Below, piece after piece: positions 27,829 to 31,344 of a DNA stretch of 31,344 nt (its first letter is position 1; each line of letters opens with the position of its first letter). Below the pieces are notes generated by a model. That model was given only the letters and a program-made list of their open reading frames with translations. It searched no databases and was not told the DNA's origin. Position numbers and translations under genes: made by a program. The stretch is from Thermoplasmata archaeon. Its GTDB lineage: Archaea > Thermoplasmatota > Thermoplasmata > Lutacidiplasmatales > UBA184. Location of the stretch: the NCBI GenBank assembly GCA_050013635.1, contig JBEKEW010000003.1, positions 1 through 31,344 on the forward strand, read 5' to 3'.

Positions 27829-30054
27829 CTATCGGTAGATCGCCTGGCCCGGCTCTTCCTTCCGCCGGGGCGAGCGCTCCCGTAGGAGGTGCCGCGAGAA
27901 CTCCTCGTAGAAGCGCAGGCTCTCGGCGTCGCACGAGGGGTGCATCTGCCGCAGGGCCGCCTCGAAGTGGGCCATGCCGACCTTCGTCGCCTTGAGGTTC
28001 TCGCGGATCGCGCCGAGACCCGCCTCCCGGCAGAGCGCCGCCAGATCGCTCCCGACGAAGCCCTCCGTGCGGGCGGCGAGCTGGTCGAGGTCGACGTCGT
28101 GGGCGAGCGGCATCTTCCGCGTGTGCACCTTCAGGATCTCCAAGCGTCCGGCACTGTCCGGGGGTCCTACGTACAGAAGGTGGTCAAAGCGTCCCGTCCG
28201 CAAGAGCGCCTCGTCAATGATGTCCGGGCGGTTGGTCGCGGCGAGCACGAGCACGCGCTCGAGCGATTCGAGTCCGTCGATCGAGGTGAGCAGCTGGTTG
28301 ACGATCCGCTCCGTGACGCCGCTCGAGGTCTGCAACCCCCGTTTGGGAGCGATCGCATCGATCTCGTCGATGAAGACGATGGAGGGGGAGGCCTGACGGG
28401 CCTTCTTGAAGATCATCCGGATCGCCTTCTCACTCTCCCCGACCCACTTGCTCATCACTTCCGGGCCCTTCACCGAGATGAAGTTCGCCTGGCTCTCGGT
28501 GGCCGCGGCCTTCGCGAGGAGGGTCTTCCCGACGCCGGGCGGCCCGTAGAACAGGATCCCGCGGGACGGCTCGATCCCCATCTGCTCGAAGACCTGGGGG
28601 TTCTTGAACGGCAGCTCGACCGACTCCTCGAGGACGCGTCGGGCGGGTCCGAGCCCCCCCACCTCGTCCCAGTGCGTGGTGGGGATCTCGACCGTGACAT
28701 CCCGGAGGCTCGACGGCTCGATTTGCTTGAGGGCCTCCCGGAAGTCCTTGTCGGTGACCTTCATCCGTTCGAGCAGCGAGATCGGAATCGGCTGATCGAA
28801 GTCGATCTCGGGGAGGTACCGTCGCAGCGCTCGCATCGCCGCTTCGCGTGCGAGCGCGGCGAGGTCGGCACCGACGAACCCGTGCGACAACGCCGCGAGC
28901 TCGCGCAACATCCGCTCGCGCTCCCGCTCGCTCCCGTCGATCGGCATACCCCGGGTGTGGATCTGCAGGATCTCCAAACGACCCGCTTGCGTCGGAACTC
29001 CGATCTCGATCTCGCGATCGAACCGTCCCGGCCGGCGGAGCGCGGGATCGATCGCTTCTTCGCGGTTGGTCGCGGCGATGACGATGACGTTCCCCCTTCC
29101 CGAGAGCCCGTCCATGAGGGTGAGCAGCTGGGCCACGACGCGCCGCTCCACCTCGCCGACGACCTCATCGCGCCGCGGGGCGATCGAGTCGAGCTCGTCG
29201 ATGAAGATCACGCTCGGGGAGTTCTTCTCCGCCTCCTCGAACTTCTCGCGGAGCTCTTTCTCGCTCTCGCCGTAGTACTTGGAGATGATCTCGGGACCCT
29301 GGATCCCGATGAAGTGCGCCCCGGCCTCGTTGGCGACGGCCTTCGCGATCAGGGTCTTCCCGGTCCCCGGAGGTCCGTAGAGCAGCACCCCCTTGGGCGG
29401 GGTGATCGCGAGCCGGTCGAACAGCTCGGGATGCTTGAGGGGGAGCTCGATCATCTCCCGAACGCGGCCGAGCTTCTCCTTGAGGCCCCCGATGTCCTCG
29501 TAGGAGATCCGGGGCGCCGCGACCTCGGTCTCGCTGACCGTCTCCTCTTTGATCGTGATCAACGTCGACGGGGCGACCTGGACGATCCCCTTCGGCTGCG
29601 TCGAGACGACCATGAACGGCAACGAGCCCCCCATAAGGAAGACGCCGGGGATGACGAACACATCCCCGCGGACGAAGGGGCGACGAGCGAGCGCCTTCTG
29701 CACGAACGCGTCGAGGCCCGGACCGAGGTCCATGCGAGAGGAACCGGCGTAGATCGGTGCGATCGTGATCGCGTCGGCGAGCGGGCAGTCGATCCGCGTG
29801 ACCTGGACGCGGTCCCCGATGCTCACACCGGCGTTGCGGCGGACGACCGCCTCCACCCGGACGAGGCCTTTGCCTTCATCATCGGCGGGGCCCCGACCGA
29901 CGACGGCGGGCGTCGTCTTCCGCCCGCGGATCTCGACGATGTCGCCGACTCCAACCTTCAATCGCTGACGCGTCTGGTTGTCGAGCCGGGCCGCGCCGAG
30001 GCCTACGTCCTGCTGGGAGACTTCTGCAACCCGTAGGTGGGCACTCTCCCCCAT
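27829..30054 (-). CDS. cdc48: CDC48/VCP/VAT-family AAA+ ATPase (about 741 aa)
   Basis: Double-psi barrel N-domain, D1 [17 protein letters not shown]2 [27 protein letters not shown]-terminal IYR. Start ATG30054 (ATG30066 alternative); CTATTTAG TATA at 30083-30090. Confidence 0.97.
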   Translation of the reverse strand: MGESAHLRVAEVSQQDVGLGAARLDNQTRQRLKVGVGDIVEIRGRKTTPAVVGRGPADDEGKGLVRVEAVVRRNAGVSIGDRVQVTRIDCPLADAITIAPIYAGSSRMDLGPGLDAFVQKALARRPFVRGDVFVIPGVFLMGGSLPFMVVSTQPKGIVQVAPSTLITIKEETVSETEVAAPRISYEDIGGLKEKLGRVREMIELPLKHPELFDRLAITPPKGVLLYGPPGTGKTLIAKAVANEAGAHFIGIQGPEIISKYYGESEKELREKFEEAEKNSPSVIFIDELDSIAPRRDEVVGEVERRVVAQLLTLMDGLSGRGNVIVIAATNREEAIDPALRRPGRFDREIEIGVPTQAGRLEILQIHTRGMPIDGSERERERMLRELAALSHGFVGADLAALAREAAMRALRRYLPEIDFDQPIPISLLERMKVTDKDFREALKQIEPSSLRDVTVEIPTTHWDEVGGLGPARRVLEESVELPFKNPQVFEQMGIEPSRGILFYGPPGVGKTLLAKAAATESQANFISVKGPEVMSKWVGESEKAIRMIFKKARQASPSIVFIDEIDAIAPKRGLQTSSGVTERIVNQLLTSIDGLESLERVLVLAATNRPDIIDEALLRTGRFDHLLYVGPPDSAGRLEILKVHTRKMPLAHDVDLDQLAARTEGFVGSDLAALCREAGLGAIRENLKATKVGMAHFEAALRQMHPSCDAESLRFYEEFSRHLLRERSPRRKEEPGQAIYR

Positions 30055-30155
30055 CGGCGAGGTCATCCACGCGCGGGCCGCTCTAAATAGCTTCGGCCGG
30101 CCGGCACCCCCGCTGCCGGAAGGAAGATATGTCGCATTCCCCTCGAGGAGGGCGC

Positions 30156-31061
30156 ATGGTGGAGCGGGTGGGACCGGCTCCGGAGCTGCGTCGCCTGTTC
30201 GAAGCCGCCGGCTACCGGATCGAAGAGCGGTCCCAAGGATGGGTCGCGAGCCGAGCTCGGGATCGCCGGGCGGTGGTCGCCGCCGCCGCGTTGCACTCCC
30301 CGACCGATTTCGAACCGTGGTTCCCCACGGACTCGGTCCACCGGGTCCTGTACTACCCGGAAGATCCGGGCGAGGTCGCCCGACGCCTCGCTGCGGATCG
30401 GGGGATCGAGGTGCTCGACCCGACGACCCTGGGACCGGCGCTCGGCGAGTTGCTGCTAGGGCCGGTCCTCCCCGCCCACGAAGCCCGCGACCCGTCCAAC
30501 GGCCTCCCCCTCGTCCCACCGGCGCTCCTGATTCCCGAAGGCGCGTCGACCGTTCGCCCCCGGATCGGCCGAGAGGAGATCGAAGCCTTGGCCGGAGGGG
30601 TCGGCGTGCGTTACACCCTGCGACTCGTCCCGCACTACCTCGCCCCGTACCGGGTACGAACGCCTTCTCCCCACGGAGGTACGGGAGCCGTGTCGGATCA
30701 CTTGGTGGCCGTGAACGCGCTCGCCCGCCGCGCGGAGATCTGGGAGCCGCAGGACTACGAGCTGGTCGGCGACCTCCCCGGGCCGTACCAGCGCCTCCAA
30801 CCCGAGATCGGGGACGGGCAGGCAGTCGCCATCGCAATCCAGGCGATCCGACGCCATCACACGGTGAACGTCGACCACACCGAGCAGCACGGCGAAGCGA
30901 TCGTCATCGAGACCCGTCGCCTCCCCCCGGCACTGGACGATATCCAGCTCGGTCCCCGAGTCCTCGTGTACGTGCCGTACTGGTATGTGGAGGGGGACGA
31001 CGGGCGGATCGTGCTCGACGCGGTCACCGGTCGCCGCACCACCGAGGAGGAGCTCCCCTAG
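30156..31061 (+). CDS. Hypothetical protein: degenerate Mrr-like nuclease-fold N-domain plus two related C-terminal alpha/beta repeats
   Basis: Host-like codon bias, GGAGGG RBS before ATG30156 (ATG30129 alternative). LFEAAGY.IE and ARRLAADRGIEVLD...L..LL recall Mrr_cat edges; repeats P.IG...LVPHY...VNAL and P.IG...YVPYW...LDAVTG. Confidence 0.72.
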   Translation: MVERVGPAPELRRLFEAAGYRIEERSQGWVASRARDRRAVVAAAALHSPTDFEPWFPTDSVHRVLYYPEDPGEVARRLAADRGIEVLDPTTLGPALGELLLGPVLPAHEARDPSNGLPLVPPALLIPEGASTVRPRIGREEIEALAGGVGVRYTLRLVPHYLAPYRVRTPSPHGGTGAVSDHLVAVNALARRAEIWEPQDYELVGDLPGPYQRLQPEIGDGQAVAIAIQAIRRHHTVNVDHTEQHGEAIVIETRRLPPALDDIQLGPRVLVYVPYWYVEGDDGRIVLDAVTGRRTTEEELP

Positions 31062-31113
31062 GTGCCCCTCCCCCCCGCCGACCGTAAAATACGTTCCTAC
31101 CTTGCGTCGGTCC

Positions 31114-31344
31114 GTGATCCTCGAACAGCACCGGGTCGGACCGTATCTCAATTTCACCTATCTCGTGGCGAGCGGCGAGGGAGGCGACGGGGTCGTCATC
31201 GACCCCTCCTACGGCATCGAGCCGGTGCTCCACTCGATCGACGCGCATCGGGTCAAGGTACGGTACGTCCTCAATACCCACAGCCACGCCGATCACATCG
31301 CCGGAAACGGGGAGGTGCGCGAGCGAACGGGGGCCCAGGTCGTC
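31114..31344 (+). CDS. MBL-fold metallo-hydrolase (glyoxalase II-like), 5' part, runs off window
   Basis: Not in ORF track. From GTG31114: MILEQHRVGPYLNFTYLV...VVIDP...YVLNTHSHADHIAGN; HxHxDH motif; TAAAATA (31085-31091) upstream. Confidence 0.9.
   Translation, partial: MILEQHRVGPYLNFTYLVASGEGGDGVVIDPSYGIEPVLHSIDAHRVKVRYVLNTHSHADHIAGNGEVRERTGAQVV

Noticed and set aside
13014-30036. Large alternate-frame or antisense ORFs (13014..15143, 24740..27415, 27889..30036, 10709..12487, 18309..19754 and similar)
   Set aside because: Shadow ORFs of real genes in about 70% GC DNA; compositions are R/G/P-rich or antisense mirrors with no domain motifs.
12964-30054. Inteins in MCM or CDC48
   Set aside because: Both proteins are normal length with contiguous motifs and no C1...HN splice signatures.

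Overview
High-GC (about 68-70%) archaeal chromosomal segment, most consistent with a Thermoplasmata-lineage organism outside the classical Thermoplasmatales (inference: it carries PAN and pantoate kinase, and an rpl18e-rpl13-rps9-rpoN block detached from rpoD). About 31 CDS, mostly housekeeping: rpl10e, pantoate kinase, PAN, SelB-like factor, ClpB, pyrD/pyrK/pyrG, aspS, MCM, DUF424, NMD3, SepF, M17 aminopeptidase, HerA-like ATPase, coiled-coil protein, GT2, PRC-barrel, ribosomal/RNAP block, methyltransferase, a 1116-aa surface glycoprotein, CDC48, an Mrr-like-fold protein and a partial MBL hydrolase. Signals missed by the ORF track: (1) an initiator tRNA-Met split by a 28-nt non-canonical D-loop intron with a relaxed bulge-helix-bulge motif; (2) evidence that aspS (CTG) and two other genes (ACG) start at near-cognate codons, against an already high GTG/TTG share; (3) a bacterial-type clpB tightly coupled to a GTPase-degenerate SelB-like gene whose 3' end carries a perfect 46-bp frameshifting tandem duplication; (4) a lower-GC AbrB plus Cys-rich gene pair at the left edge. 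No CRISPR array, rRNA, transposase or integrase was seen. All family assignments come from motif recognition, not database searches.
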